A stretch of DNA of 64,000 bases from Pristiophorus japonicus (GCF_044704955.1 NC_091999.1:10664001-10728000), one strand, 5' to 3'; shown: positions 12,018 through 26,149, counted from the first letter of the stretch. A program made the numbers and translations. Notes: generated from the sequence alone by a model not told the origin.

Positions 12018-12490
12018 AGTTTTTGTACGAGGTCCTCTATATCTCTGCAGCACTGTGGGCTCCATGGCACAGAAATAAACGGCGGCATCAGAGACAAGCG
12101 TCCCAGCGATATTTAAAGGAACTGTTTTATTCGTTTTGTTTATGTCAGCAGAGAACCTGTCTGGTAAACCTGGAGACTTGTCTCCGTCTCCTGAGCTATA
12201 TTTCTTCAGTAAATATTTCGGAGCTTCTCCGGGATATTGGATGTACCAGAACAGAGTTGAACCAGCTCTCGAGTAACTGCAGCTCAGGATTGTGTTCTGT
12301 CCTTCCTGAACCGTTAATTCAGGCGGATCCTGGAGCACCTTATCTTCGCCATTGATTCCTGTAACAAATGAGAGAATGTATCAAAACCTCTGCGCGTAAA
12401 TATAACCCATGGAACTAAAACTTGCCATTTAAACGTAGACTCACCAGGCAGCACAAACATTATTATTAGGAAGAAACATGAGGAACACAT
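12018..12490 (-). CDS. Apparently functional TCR alpha/delta V gene (family A body, family B 3' end)
   Basis: Leader 12490-12445 MCSSCFFLIIMFVLP, GTGAGT donor, in frame with exon 12358-12058 GINGEDKVLQDPPELTVQEGQNTILSC..LFWYIQYPGEAPKYLL..DAAVYFCAME. RSS CACAGTG (12057-12051) / 24 / ACAAAAACT (12026-12018). Confidence 0.9.
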
Positions 12491-12729
12491 GGTGAATTTT
12501 ATAAAGTTCGTCAGAAAATAGCAGAATGTTCTCAATATTCGAGTCGTCTATTTAGGATTAAACGTCGATCAGGCACAGACTTCACTGATTGGGTGACTGA
12601 GGGGCGTTTTCCATGGAGAGGATTGGCTATTCATTCAGAACCGACAATTGTGTGAACCAATCAGTTGCAGACCAATTACTTTCGCTGCCGATTTCTTTTT
12701 CTGTCTCTGTCTTGGTCGGTGTCTCCATC

Positions 12730-15030
12730 TCTCTCTTTGTTTCGGCGATGTTAACGGAAGGCCGTGTTTGACTAACTCGATTGACATTTTTGAGAAAGTA
12801 ACAAGGATTGTCGATGAACCAGTGTGCATGAATTTTAGCAAGGATTTTGACAAGGTCCCACGTGGCAGGCTGAACAACGAAGTAAAAGCCCATGGGATCG
12901 AAGGGAGAGTGGCAAATTGGATCAAAAATTGGCTCAGTGGCAGGAAGAAAAGTGTAATAGTTGGCGAGTGCTTTTGCGATTGGAAGGTTGTTTGTAGTGA
13001 GGTTCCACCGGGCTCAGTGCTCGTTAACTTGCTGCCTGTAATATATATTAAAACTTAATGCTTAAATGTATGGTGCATGATAAAGAGGTTTGCAGATAAT
13101 ACACATATTGGCCTTGTGGTTGACAGTGAGGAGGAAAGCTTTGACTATTGGAATATATCCATCAACTGGTCATTGGAACAGAAAAAGGGATAATGGAATG
13201 CAATCAGGAGAACTGAGAGTTCATGCTATTGGGGAAATGCAACAAGAAAATGGATCGCATAACAAATAGAGGGTACTGAGAGGTGTGGAGGTACTGAGGG
13301 ACATAACAACATAAGAAAATAAGAAATAGGAACAGGAGTAGGCCATATGGCCCCTCGAGTCTGCTCCCCCATTCAATAAGATCACGGCTGATCTGATCAT
13401 GGACTCAGCCCCACTTCCCCACCCGCTCCCCATAACCCGTTTTCTGCTTATCGTTTAAGAAACTATTTCTGTCTAAAATGTATTCAATGTCCCAGCTTCC
13501 ACAGCTCTCTGAGGCAGCGAATTCCACAGATTTACAACTCTCTGAGAGAAGAATTTCTTTTCATCTCTGTTTTAATTGGGTGGCCCCTTATTATAAGATC
13601 ATACCCTCTAGTTCTGATCTACACAATCTCTGCATCCACCTTGACAAGCCCCCTCATAAACTTATATGTTTCGATAATATCACCTCTCATTCTTCTGAAT
13701 TCCAATGAGTAGAGGCCCAAATGACTCAAACTTTCCTCGCAAGTCAACGCCCTCATCCGCTGAATCAACCTCGTGAGCCTCCTCTGAACTACCTCCAGAG
13801 CAAGTATATCCTTTCTTAAATATGGAAAACAAAACTCCACGCAGTATTCCAGGTGTGACCTCAGCAATACCTTCTATAGCTGTAGTAAGACTTCCCTGCT
13901 TTTAGACTCCATCTCCTTTGCAATAAAGGTCAGGATAACATTGGCCCTTCTATTCATTTGCTGTACCTGCAAAAGATCCATTTGTCCTTCACGCACAAGT
14001 ACCCCCAGGTTCCGCTGTACTGCAGAACTTTGCAATCTTTCCTCATTTAAATAATAACTTGCATTTTCATTTTCTTTCTGCAAAAGTGCATGACCTCACA
14101 CTTTCTAACATTATACTCAATCTTCCACATCTTTGCCCACTAACGTATCCTGTCTATGTCCTTTTGCAGATTTTTTGGGCCCACCTCACACATTGCTTTT
14201 CCTTCCATCTTTGTATCGTCAGCAAACTTGGCTACGTTACACTCAGTCCCTTCTTCCAAGTCATAAATGTAGAATGTCAATAGTTGGGGTCCCAATACTA
14301 ATTCCTGTGGCGCCCCAGTAGTTACTGGAGTGTTTGTCCACAGATCCCTAAATGTTGCAGGATATGCCGATAAGGTACTTAAAAGGCCTAAGGAATGCTT
14401 TCCTTTATTAGCCTTGGCATAGAATAAAAGAGCATGAAGCTATGCAAGAACGGTATACAAAAATAGTTAGCCCACAGCTTGAGTACTGCATACAGATCCG
14501 GTCACCACATTACAGGAAATATGTAACTTCATTCGAGAGCGTACAGAGGATAATTACAAGGATGTTGCCAGGACTGGAAATGTTTTAGCTATGATGAAAT
14601 ATTGGAGAGGCTGGAGTTGTTATCTATCGACCAGAAGAGGCTGAGGCAATACTTTATTAAGGTGCATAGAATTATGAGGAGCCTAGATACAGTAGATAGG
14701 AATGACCTACTCCCTTAGCAGAGGGTCAATAACCAGGGGTGGGGGGGATAGGATCAATGTCATTGGTAAAAGGATTAGAGGCGAGATGAGAAAAAGTAAA
14801 TTCACCGAGAGGGTGGTGGGGGTCTGGAACTCACTACCAGAAAGGGTGATGGAGGCAGAAACCCTCATCACTTTTGAAAACTACTTGCATGTTCACTGAA
14901 AGAGCCGTGACCTACAGGGTTGTGTACATGATGCCGGAAATTGGGAATAGGCAGTTTCGCTATTTGTCAACACAATGGGTCGAATGGCTACCCTTGTATG
15001 TTGTAATTTATGATTCTATGATTCTACCGT
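12730..15030 (+). mobile_element. Old CR1 LINE (+) interrupted by a second CR1 (-) at about 13300-14328
   Basis: RT motifs NFSKDFDKVP (+); nested minus copy with HLEYCVEF and an (ACATAAGA) tail at 13300; plus copy resumes to an (ATTCTATG) tail at about 15012-15027. Confidence 0.9.
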
Positions 15031-15528
15031 ATCTGTTTGTGTCAGTCTCGTCCTTTCGCTCTCCCTGCTGTGTTACAATTTGTCTTTATCTTCAGCTTCG
15101 ACACAACAAGGTGCTCCATTGACAGTATCAGTTATAATATATTAAACACAACTAAAGCTCAGTAACATATTTAAAATGGCAGCAGTCACAGCAAGATCCA
15201 AACGTTTATTCATTAAGCAGGAATCATGAGACGTTTCTACAATCTCTGGATTTGCCCCAGGTTCCTCAGAGTTGGAATCTGTGTGTTTTCATGTTGTTTT
15301 GACCGAGCTTCATTCATCAGTTGTGTCTTGGATATTAAAAATAAACAAAGGGAATCACCAACATTTAAGCTGAAGTTGCCACTAACGCCGGGTATTTCTC
15401 TTTCTGCACTAAAGTGTATAATAATAATAGTAAAAAAAAACAAGAAAATTTGTCATAGTCATTCAACAACATCCACCTGCAGTTCGAGAATTCCGTGCTT
15501 CCTTGGGCAGATGGCTGTTTACCTCACT

Positions 15529-15547
15529 TGGCCACCAGAGGGAGCTT
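15529..15547 (+). promoter_or_regulatory. Strong CTCF-like motif
   Basis: TGGCCACCAGAGGGAGCT. Confidence 0.6.
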
Positions 15548-15639
15548 CGGCATGTGCCTGCGGTTTCACTGCAGCAAATCAATCGCAAGTTTCTGGAGGA
15601 TGAGGAACGCCATAGTCCGATCATAATTTAATCAACCAG

Positions 15640-16945
15640 AAACTCGACACCCTAAAATAGGCTGTATCTGTTAAAAGGTACTTATGAATCTTGATATTCA
15701 ATGTCAATTGCACACGGATCACAGAAATTTAACATGCAGTTACAGCAAGGTTTGGAAGGCAAATGGTATGTTAATCTTTATTGCAAGGCATTAGAGGAAA
15801 AGAGTTAGGAAATCTTGCTGCAAATACATTGAGTCGTGGTGAGACCATACTGGGGAGTACTGTGTTCAGTTTTGTTCTCCTTATCGGAGGAAGGAAGTAC
15901 TTGCCATATAGTCAACGAAGGTTCCCGAGATTTAATTCCTGTAAAGAAAAGGCTCTTCTATGAGGAGCGGTTTCATGGAATTAGTTTATATTCGCTGCCG
16001 TTTAGAAGAATGAGAGGTGATCTCATTGAAATGTATGAGCATTTTAGTGGTCTTGATTTGATAGATGCTGAGAGATTGTTTCCCTTGCTTGGAGAATGCA
16101 GAACAAGGTTCATAAGAACCAAAGAACATGAAAAATATGAGCACGAGTAGGCCACTTGGCCCCTCAAACCTGCTCTACCATTCAATAAGATCATTGCTGA
16201 ACTGATCATCTGCCCAGCTCTAATTCCCTGCCCGCTCCCCTTAACCCTTCACTCCCTTATCGCGCAAAAATATGTCTATCTCCATCTTAAATATATTCAA
16301 TGGCCCAGCTTCCACAGATCTCTTGGGCAGAGAATTCCACAGAGTTACAAACATTTCGGAGAACAAATTCCTCCTCATCTCAGTTTTAAATGGGCGACGC
16401 CTTATTATGAAACTATGGAACCTAGTTTGAAATTTCCCCTGAGTGGAAACATCCTTTCTGCGTCTACATTGTCGAGACCCCTCAATATCTTATATATCTC
16501 AAAAAGATCACGTCTCATTATTTTGAACTCCAATGAGTATTGGCCCAACCTGCTCAACCTTTCTTCATAAGTTAACCCCTTCATCTCAGGAATCAATCTC
16601 GTGAACATAGTCTGAAATTCCTCCAATGTAAATATAACCCTCCTGAAATAAGGTGACCAACATTGGACGCAGTACTCTAGGTGTGGCCTCACCAGAAATC
16701 TGTACAGTGGTCGGAGGAATTCTCTGATTTTATACTCGACCCAATTGCAATAAAGGACAACATGCAATTTGATTTCCAGCTTATTTGCTGTACCTGCATA
16801 CTAACTTTTTATGCTTCATGCACAAGGACGCCCAGATCCCTCTGTACTGCAGCATTTTGCAATTTCCTCCATTGAAATAAGAATTTCCTTGTTATTATTT
16901 ATATCAAATTGGATAACCTCACACTTTTCCACATTACACTCCATA
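15640..16945. mobile_element. Two tail-to-tail CR1 3' fragments (+ 15640-16110; - 16110-16945)
   Basis: RRMRGDLIE (+) and LVRPHLEYCVQCWSP (-); minus-strand 3' UTR at 16110-16260. Confidence 0.9.
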
Positions 16946-16949
16946 GTCT

Positions 16950-19900
16950 CAGAATCCTCGCGGAACCGGGAACAATATCCTCGCACGGATGGTGGGGGTG
17001 CTAGTGCTGATGGGGAGGGTATGAATAAGCTTGGCTGGGGGGTGGGAACCCGAGAGTAAATTCAGAAGCGAGATAAATAGCGCTGCAATTGGATAGCAGC
17101 AAATGTGAAAATGAAATTTTAGGCAGGGTAAACAAAGGTTGGAAAATATACAGAGTTTCACACTGCTAAAGGGTGTATACTCAAAGGAAGAGTGTACGGA
17201 ATAATGCAGATGAAATGAGAGCACAGATAGACACTTGGGAGTATGATATTATAGATATTACTGACACATGGTTGAAAGCTCAACACTCCTGGTTACTGGG
17301 TTTTCAGATGTGACAGTGAGGGAGATAAAACGAGGAGGGGTTGCAGCATTGATTTAAAAATCAATTACAGCTATGAGGAGGGAAGATATGTAGAAGGATC
17401 ATCAAATAAGACCATATAGGTTGAATTTAAGAACGAAAAAGGGGCAATTACAATGCTGGGCGTGCACTGTAGAGCCTCAAATATTCAGACAGAAACAGAA
17501 CAGCAAATGTGTAGGCACATTTCTGAGAACTGCAAAAACTACTCGACAGTAATCTTAGGGGATTTCTACTATCCTAATTTTAACTGGGATAGAATAAGTG
17601 TGAAAGATATAGAGTTTGCAGTTTTCCAAAAATGCATTCAGGAGAGTTTTCTTCGCCAGTATGTAGCAAGCCGAGGAAGGGAGGGTTCTGCACTTAATTT
17701 TATCGAACGAAGCTCGGCAGGTGGAAGAGATATCTTTGGAAGAGCATGTTGCTGCTAGTGATCAAAATTCAGTTAGATTAGGGTCGTTAAAGCAAAGGAC
17801 AAAGATAGACAAGGAATAACAATTCTCAATTGGGGGAAAGCCAAAGTGGATTGGAAATACCTGCTTGAAGGTAAATCATTTTCAGAGCTGTGAGAGGCAT
17901 TCAAGGTGGAGATCCTGAGAGCAAGATTGTTGCTTCAACGAAAAAGAGTGCGACTAACAAATCTCGAGCACCCAAGATTCCGAGCAGCAGACAGAGTAAG
18001 ATAAAGAAAAAAAGGGACCTTTATAACAGATACCATGGGCTCAAAACGGCAGAAGACCGAGAGGAGTATAGAAAGTGCAAGGGTGAAATTAAAAGTGAAA
18101 TTAGGAAAGCAATGAGATGAAAAATGAATGGCAGGTCAATCTAGGAAAAACCACAGATGTTTTATAAATACATTAAGAAGGAGGAACTGAGGGAAATCAT
18201 TATTAGTTGGGAAATTGTGTTGGGGAAATTGATGTGATTGAAGGCCGACAATTCCCCAGGGCCTGATGGACTGCATCCCAGAGTACTTAAGGAGGTGGCC
18301 TTGGCAATAGAGGATGCATTGACAGTCATTTTCCAACACTCCTTAGACTCTGGATTAGTATCTATCGAGCGGAAGGCAGCCAATGTAACCCTACTTTTTA
18401 AAAAAGGAGGGAGAGAGAAAACAGGGAATTATAGACCGGACAGCCTGACGTCAGTAGTGGTTAAAATGATGGAATCAATTATTAAGGATGGCATAGCAGC
18501 GCATTTGGAAAGAGGTGACATGATAGGTCCAAAACAGCATGGATTTGTGAAAGGGAAATCATGCTTGACAAATCTTCTGCAATTAATGAGGATGTTTCCA
18601 GTAGAGTGGACAAGGGAGAACCATTTGATGTGCTATATTTGGACTTTCAGAAGGCTTTCGACAAGGTCCCACACAAGAGATTAATGTGCAAAGTTAAAGC
18701 ACATGGGATTGGGGGTAGTGTGCTGACATGGATTGAGAACAGATTGTCAGACAGGAAGCAAAGAGTAGAAGTAAATGGGTACTTTTCAGAATGACAGGCA
18801 GTGACTAGTGGGGTACCACAAGGTTATGTGCTGGGGCCCCAGCTGTTTACATTGTACATTAATGATTTAGACGAGGGGAATAAACGTAGTGCCTCCAAAT
18901 TTGCGGATGACACTAAGTTGTGTGGCAGTGTGAGCAGCGAGGAGGATGCTATGAGGCTGCAGACTGACTTGGATAGGTTAGGTGAGTGGGCAAATGCATG
19001 GCAGATGAAGCATAATGTGGATAAATTTGAGGTTATCCACTTTGGTGGTAAAAACAGAGAGACAGACTGGTGACAGATTAGGAAAAGTGGATGTGCAACG
19101 AGACCTGGGTGTCATGGTACATCAGTCATTGAAGGTTGGCATGCAGCTACAGCAGGTGGTTAAGAAAGCAAATGGCATGTTGGCCTTCATAGCGAGGATA
19201 TTGGAGTACAGGGGCAGGGAGGTGTTGCTACAGTTGTGCAGGGCCTTGGTGAGGCCACATCTGGAGTATTGTGTACAGTTTTGGTCTCCTAACTTGAGGA
19301 AGGACATTCTTGCTATTGAGGGAGTGCAGCGAAGGTTCACCAGACTGATTCCCGGGATGGCAGGACTGACATATCATGAAAGACTGGGTCAACTGTTCCT
19401 GTATTCACTGGAGTTCAGAAGAATGAGAGAGGATCTCATAGAAAGGTTTAAAATTCTGATGGGTTTAGACAGGTTAGATGCAGGAAGAATGTTCCCAATG
19501 TTGGGGAAGTCCAGAACCAGGGGTCACAGTCTAAGGATAAGGCGTAAGCCATTTAGGAACGAGATGAGGAGAAACTTCTTCACCCAGAGAATGGTGAACC
19601 TGTGAAATTATCTACCACAGAAAGTTGTTGAGGCCAATTTACTAAATATATTCAAAAAGGAGTTAAATGAAGTCCTAACTACTAGGGGGATCAAGGGTAT
19701 GGCGAGAAATCAGGAATGGGATACTGAACTCATTGAATGGCGGTGCAGGCTAGAAGGGCCGAATGGCCTACTCCTGCACCTATTTACTATGTTTCTATGT
19801 TTCTATGTTACGAGTATGAAAAAAAGAGTAGGGCGTATTAGAGACCATAGAAGTAATCTGTATGTTGAGACGGATGCCGTGGGTGTGATTCTTAATTAAT

Positions 19901-21860
19901 ACTTTGCGTCTTTTTTCAGAACATAGAGGGGTGAAACAGACATTACAATCAGGGAGGAGGAGTGTGAAATCTTAAATAAACTTAAATAATCACACCGAGA
20001 GAGGAATTGTTAACATGTTTAGCAGCTTTGAGAGTGTATCAATATCCAGGCTCGGGTGAAATGTATCCCAACTGTAACGAAAAGCACATGTGGAATTAAC
20101 AGAGGCCCTGACCATCATTTTCCTAACGTATTTGGCTACAGGGAGGACTGGAGGACTGCTCATGGTGTATCTTTGTTTCAAAGTGGAGAAAGGGACAGAC
20201 AGAATAATTACATTCCAATAAGCCTAATCTCGGTGGTGAAAAAAATATTGGATGAAACTTTGAGGGACAAGACACATCTTCATTGAGAAAGACACGGATT
20301 AGTTAGGATAGTCAGCATGGATTTGTTAAGGGAATTTCATGTCTGACTAACTTGATACAATTTTTTGAAGAGATAAGAAGAAATTTCAATCATGGTAGTA
20401 GTTTTGATGTCGTGCATATGGACTGAAGCAAGGCTTTTGATCAGGTCCCACATGGAAGATATTCACGAAAGTAAACTCCCATATGATTCAAACCAAAGTG
20501 GCAAGTTGGATCCAAGTTTCGCTCAGAGGCAGAAAGCAAACGGTAATGCTCGTTGGGTGTTTTTTCTGACCGAAAGGCTGTTTCCAGTGCGGTACCACAG
20601 GGGTAAGTAGGAGGTCCCTTGATTTTTGTGAGAGAATCGATGATTTAGATTTTAATGTCGGGGCTATGATTAAGAAGGTTGCAGGTGATACAAAAAGTGT
20701 TCGTGTGGTTGAGAATGAGGAATAAATATCTAACCTACAGGAATATATCAATGAACTGGTCAGGTGGAAACGACATTGCCAAATGGAATTCAATCCTGAA
20801 AAGCGTGACGTAATGCATTTGGCGAGGTCTAACAAGGTAAGGTAATACACATTAAATGTGAGGAGACAGAGAAATGTAGACGAACACAGGGACTTTCGGG
20901 TACATTTCCACGGATCTCTGAAGGTAGCAGCCCATGTATATAACATGGTTAAGAAGGCATACAGAATACTTGCCGGATTAGAAGGGACACAGGTGCTTGA
21001 CTTTTGCGTGAACTGTATAAAACACTAGTTACGCCACAGCCAGCATACTACCTACAGTTCAGGTCACCACATTACATGAACGTGATTGCACTCGAGAGCG
21101 TACAGAGCAGATTTGTGAGGATGCTGCCTGGACTGAAGAGTTTTCGCCATGAGGAAAGATTGGATAGGCTGGTTTTGATTTCTTTGGTGAAAGGAAGTTG
21201 AGGGGAGACCTTATTGTGGTGTATAAAATGAAGGGGGCCTCGATAATGTAAATATGCGCACCTATTTTGCTGAGTGGAGGGGTCAACAACTAGCGGACAT
21301 AGATTTATATTAATTGGCAGACGGTTTACAGGGGATTTGAAGGGAAATGTTTTCACCCTGTTGGGGTGGTTTTGAACTCACTGCCTGAAAGGTGGTCGGG
21401 GCAGAAACACTCAAAGCATTTAAAAAGTATTTGGACGTGCTTTTAAATTTTCGAAACATAACAGTCTATGGACCAAGTGCTGGAATGTGGGTTAAGGCTG
21501 GATAGCTCTTTGTCAGTAAATGCGGAAACAATGGGCCAAAATGGCCTCTTTCCATGGTTTAAGTTTCTATGATTCTATGATCCTATGATAAGGGTTCAGA
21601 CATTTAGGTCTGCAGTGAGGAGCAATTGCTTCACTCAGAAGGTTGTGAAAATGTAGTTTCTCTACCCCAGAGGCCTGTGGATGTTGAATGGTGCAGTATT
21701 TTCAAGACTGAGATCTATAGATTATTGGGACTAATGGAATCAAGGAATATGTATTTAGGCGGGAATGTGGATGTGATGTGCAAGTTCAGCCATGATCTTA
21801 TTGAATGCAGGAGCTGGCTAGATGGGATGTGTACTCTACCTCTGCTCCTGTTTCTTATAT
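16950..21860 (+). mobile_element. Degraded long CR1 containing a younger CR1 (about 18175-19808), plus a further 3' fragment
   Basis: EN motif LGDFYYP; inner copy SPGPDGLHPRVLKE, YLDFQKAFDKVPH, FADDTK, tail (TTTCTATG)n at about 19790-19808; outer copy resumes to a tail at about 21565-21590. Confidence 0.92.
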
Positions 21861-22084
21861 TATTACTAAAGCAATTCCATGCATGTGGATTCTTCTAACT
21901 GTTCCCAGAGCCCTTTCCAACTGTTAATCTCGCGGTCTCTCTCTGAATTTCTCTCCCAGTATCTCTATCTGTGTTTCTCACCCTATTTCTCCCTCAATCA
22001 TTTTCACTGTATCTATAACTATTTTTCTCTCTCTGTCTCTTCGTTAATGACAGATTTGAAAAGCAATTAGGAAGATGTCAGCTC

Positions 22085-22200
22085 AAGTACGGCACCCTTT
22101 CAAGAAGGCAGCTCATCACCAACTTCTGAAGGGCAATTAGGAATCAGCAACAAATGCTGGCCTTACCATCGACGCCCCTCTCCCATGAAATAATAAAAAA
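22085..22200 (+). repeat. Shark LINE/SINE 3' end
   Basis: AAGGGCAATTAGG..AAATGCTGGCCTT..CCCATGAAATAATAAAAAA; a similar piece lies at 30775-30850. Confidence 0.55.
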
Positions 22201-22939
22201 GACAAATGGGCCACCAGGTAGTGCTCTTTTACGTCAATAGTTTTTATGCAGTGAAAATATCCAATTGTTGTTTTTTTGCATTTTTTCCTGGGAGATTACA
22301 TTCGATTAGCTGACGATTACTGTTGTAGAAGGCCATTGTAGTCAATACTGTGTTGCCATTGCAAACAGCGCATGAAACCTATATCCCGCCCTTGCTGCAA
22401 CAACATATCTCGACAAATTCCCCATTCATTTCAAGCCCTTCCCATCCAAAAATCACTTTATCGGCTCTATTTAAATGGTGGATAAGCACTAGCGTTAACA
22501 CAGCTAACCTGTGCAGTCTCATCAGATATAATAGATCTCTGTCTTTTCTGCCCCCTCTGTTTTCGAAACCGAATCCGAGAGGGAGATAGGTCAGTGTTTA
22601 CACCACTGCCCAATCATACAGAGGAGACCTCTGCTCTCAGCTTGGGTGGAGTTACTTTAGTTACCCGCCGGTTCAGCATGAGTTAATGTTAAATTTAGCG
22701 GCTTTTATTCAAGAGGATAAATGATAAACTGTGCAACCAGAGGGCGTGTTAGTTAGAATAAAGCGTCAGCACTAGCATTCCTCGCTGGTTCTCATCGAGG
22801 ACATAAAAGATACTTACCATCATACCTGAAAATCACAACGTCGACTACACATCAGAATAACCCCGAAATAATCGTGTTTCCAATAATCTTCTTACTCCAT
22901 TAGGATTAAATAGGAACTTTCATAAACTAGGGAAACGCC

Positions 22940-23383
22940 ATGAATGGAATGATAATTTTCACTTATTGATTTTAGGTGAGTGTCGGTGTGCTGAAAAGCA
23001 TTCGCTGTTACATTTATTTATTGTGTCTAATTTTCCACCTCCTTTGTATCTGCAGTTTTCGGTGGCGAAGCTGTGATTCACCGACCACAGCAGCTGTTTG
23101 CACAAGAGGGGGGATCGATTGAAATCCCGTGCAATGCAAGGACCAGCGGTTCTGATGATATATTATGGGAAAGCCAACTGCAGAACCGTAACCTGAATTG
23201 TATCATATCTACTATCCTGGCCAACTCCACTGATGTATGATTCAAATTCTTCATTGACGCAATAAGAAGTTAAGAAGTTATAATATTCTCGTTATGGACA
23301 GCAATGCGGTCTCATAGGCTGGAGTATATTAATGTGCAGTGAGGCACCGTGAGACAAAGGCTGGGCGCTCCAGTACAATATCT
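22940..23383 (+). pseudogene. TCR V pseudogene (paralogue of 6.3 kb and 1-223)
   Basis: Leader with GTGAGT donor at about 22976; exon with several stops. RSS CACCGTG 23345-23351 / 23 / ACAATATCT 23375-23383. Confidence 0.85.
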
Positions 23384-24166
23384 CCTGCAATTTCCTATCA
23401 GACAATCTTAGCGCGCTTCCATAGCTCTCCTTAATGTGTAGTCTCCTGTGTTGTGTACAGTTCCATTTATCTGGTAAGGAAAGGGTTAATCAGAACTTCT
23501 TGCAAGATGTTGACTCCTTCTTTCTGTACAGTTTGACAAGCTCTATTCATTCTGTAAGGGAAGGATTCATCACACTGACCTGAAGTCTATTAAATTTCGA
23601 CTGCTACTGATTTATGTGCATATTGTAATTAATTTCTCTCATATTATAGGTGACTGTTGTCGGATTTACCACATCCTTGTTTTCAAATCCCTCAGGACTG
23701 CAAGGCATTATATATCCCGCTGTCTATTGGCTATGGGTAGTTCTAATATTCAGTGAGCAATTTTTAATGGGTGTCGCCTACACTGATACCAGAAGAGCAT
23801 TAATTATTTCGCTTCACTGCCTATATCTCACCAGTTACAGGGCCGACATTGGGTTTAATTCCCGTCCAGTAGTCTGTTGTGAGAACAATTTCATTCCGTT
23901 TAGCGCTGCTCGCAGTCATGTACTTAAATGTAGAACAGGGGAACTGTGAGCCAATTGGATCAATTGGAGAACAAAGAAGCTGTGAACTGATTCGAGGAAT
24001 TGCAGAAAAAAGACCCGTACTCTGATTCGATATCACCTGCTGACACGGTCAGAATGAACCAATCGGCAAAGACACCTGATGTTAATCAACATCTTCCCAA
24101 CACTTGACTAAAACATTTTCAGGTTCAAACCGTTCTGTTCCAATGCGCAATCAACTCTCAGTAAAT

Positions 24167-24708
24167 ATGTTGGGTGTAACATGTTTATTCAATCGTCACA
24201 GCTGCAGCTCTCTTAATTGGTAAAGTTAACAAGTTACAAAATCTTCTTCCAGGTATGATTAAAATAATTATAACGTTGTTTACTCTCTATTTGCAATATA
24301 TTCCATCACGTAATGATTTAGTTACAACAAAGTGATGAAAAATGGTTGAAGTTCTGTATTACTAACTTTCTGCCGCTGTTAGTGGCACAGACACGATCTC
24401 GCAGTGGCTGGTGACAGTGACGCACTTTGAAGGAGATGCGGTGACAATTAATTACAGCTTTTCTTCCCATTCCTTACAGCTGTACAGCCAGGGCGGTGGA
24501 AAAGGAACCACAATCCTAATCTACCTCCCATCGGTCGGGGATGTTTTCAGAGCAGAAGGCGTGGCTGCTCGATTTTCACATCTCTCGATACTTCGCAACG
24601 TGAGGGGAATTTCACCATCAGCGACTTGGCTATTTGATAGCGTGGTGTATTACTGCGGATGGAAACTGACACAGGGGAAGGAACCAAAGGGAGCCTCATA
24701 TAAAACCG
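24167..24708 (+). pseudogene. V pseudogene, paralogue of the 7.3 kb V
   Basis: FEGDAVTINYSFS..LQLYSQ..DSVVYYCG with FR3 frameshifts and a mutated acceptor. RSS CACAGGG 24670-24676 / 23 / ATAAAACCG. Confidence 0.85.
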
Positions 24709-25139
24709 CTGCCGCAATGTGACAAGGTCAAGGGGACAGTGGGAAAAGTGGCGAGAAACCGGGACTGTCAGTACTTATCGCAGGAGAGTGTCCGTTCAAA
24801 TCAAACAAATGAGTAGCTATCCAGCTTTCAATACTAAACTGGAATAATGTTTATTATTAATAATAATCTTGCTATTACCATCATAATAAGTTGTTTGATA
24901 GACAATGCTTCCAATCCATGTTCATATCATGGGCACCTCAACTTTCAATCTTCGTGAAACAGATATAAAACCAGTTCTCATTCAGTGTCACAATCGCAAG
25001 TAGACCTCACGCTCCAATCGGCAGGAAAATAACTTAATGGTAAGGGGCAATTCAGGAATTAATTTAGAAATCATTTGAGGGATTCAAAAACATCAGAACA
25101 ACGCGGCCTCCCCTGAAATGTGACCCACAACCCAAATCC

Positions 25140-25442
25140 TGGCGGCTGCACGAGGTGCTGACGGTACCAGCACACATAACGTATCGCAGCACTTGCTTTC
25201 AAGGTTCGTGTTACATCACATTGCCTCTTCAACCGTCATTTCCAGAACTGGCGGTTCCACTGTGTCTTGGTGGTCTACTTCTGACATAAAATAATAGTAA
25301 TAGTGATTATCATCACTGTCTTCACTTGGTCAATATAACATCTAGGTTGCAGCAGTCTGGGGAGAATGGGTTTTTACTGGGAAGGAAATGATTACTGAGA
25401 AGTGATATAATGATGAGGAGTGGCGCGGGATGGTTCCGCATG
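25140..25442 (-). pseudogene. Truncated family-B V pseudogene (paralogue of 8.3 kb)
   Basis: Leader ATGCGGAACCAT..CTTCTCA|GTAAT; exon with GTGGAAC..GAAATGACGGTTGAAGAG..TGGTACCGTCAGCAC; same truncation flank as 8.25 kb. Confidence 0.8.
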
Positions 25443-26149
25443 ATCTTCCCTGAGTCTGATACACTGCAGTCTGGAAAATCCTCTTTCGGGACGGAAATAC
25501 AGAACCCCACTCCACTGTACTTCTGATCCAAACAATGGCGAAGAGGGAGCAGTGGTTAAATCACTCCAATAACATAAGGCGGATTGGAGCAAGAGCAGCA
25601 AACGGAAGCTGTGGGTGGGGCAGCCGGAGACACATAATTGAGTGAATTCAACTCTCTGTGTAACCGCAGAGAATACGCAGTGCCAATCAACTGAAATCGA
25701 GGCTGATGTAATGGAAAGGGTGTTGGCGTCGTGGAGAAGTCTGTGGCCAAACTGGTCCTGCTCACTGAGCAATTGACTGGAAATAAATAGAGTGGGAGGG
25801 ACAAGAAATGTTTGCACAGCTTCAGATATATTCCTGGTTGAACCAGCTCAAATCTTGAGTTTGGAGACGCAACATCTGGCATAGGTCTTTTATATATGAT
25901 CCATAAAACATAAATCCCCTCAACGGCGTTATTTTAAATCTAATTGAACAAAATCCGCCAGCAGACGGTGCCAAACTCAAGTGTGGGAATTGGAAAGTCA
26001 CGTGATGCAAACATCAAAGCCAACAATGACCGCAGGCAAAGGAAGTCACAAATGAGTCGCCCCCTGCAGCGTGTGGGTGGAACGGTGAGCTGGACAGGCC
26101 GCGGGTTACCTCTGTCCCTCTCAAACTCTGCCTGATTCAATTCCAAGTT

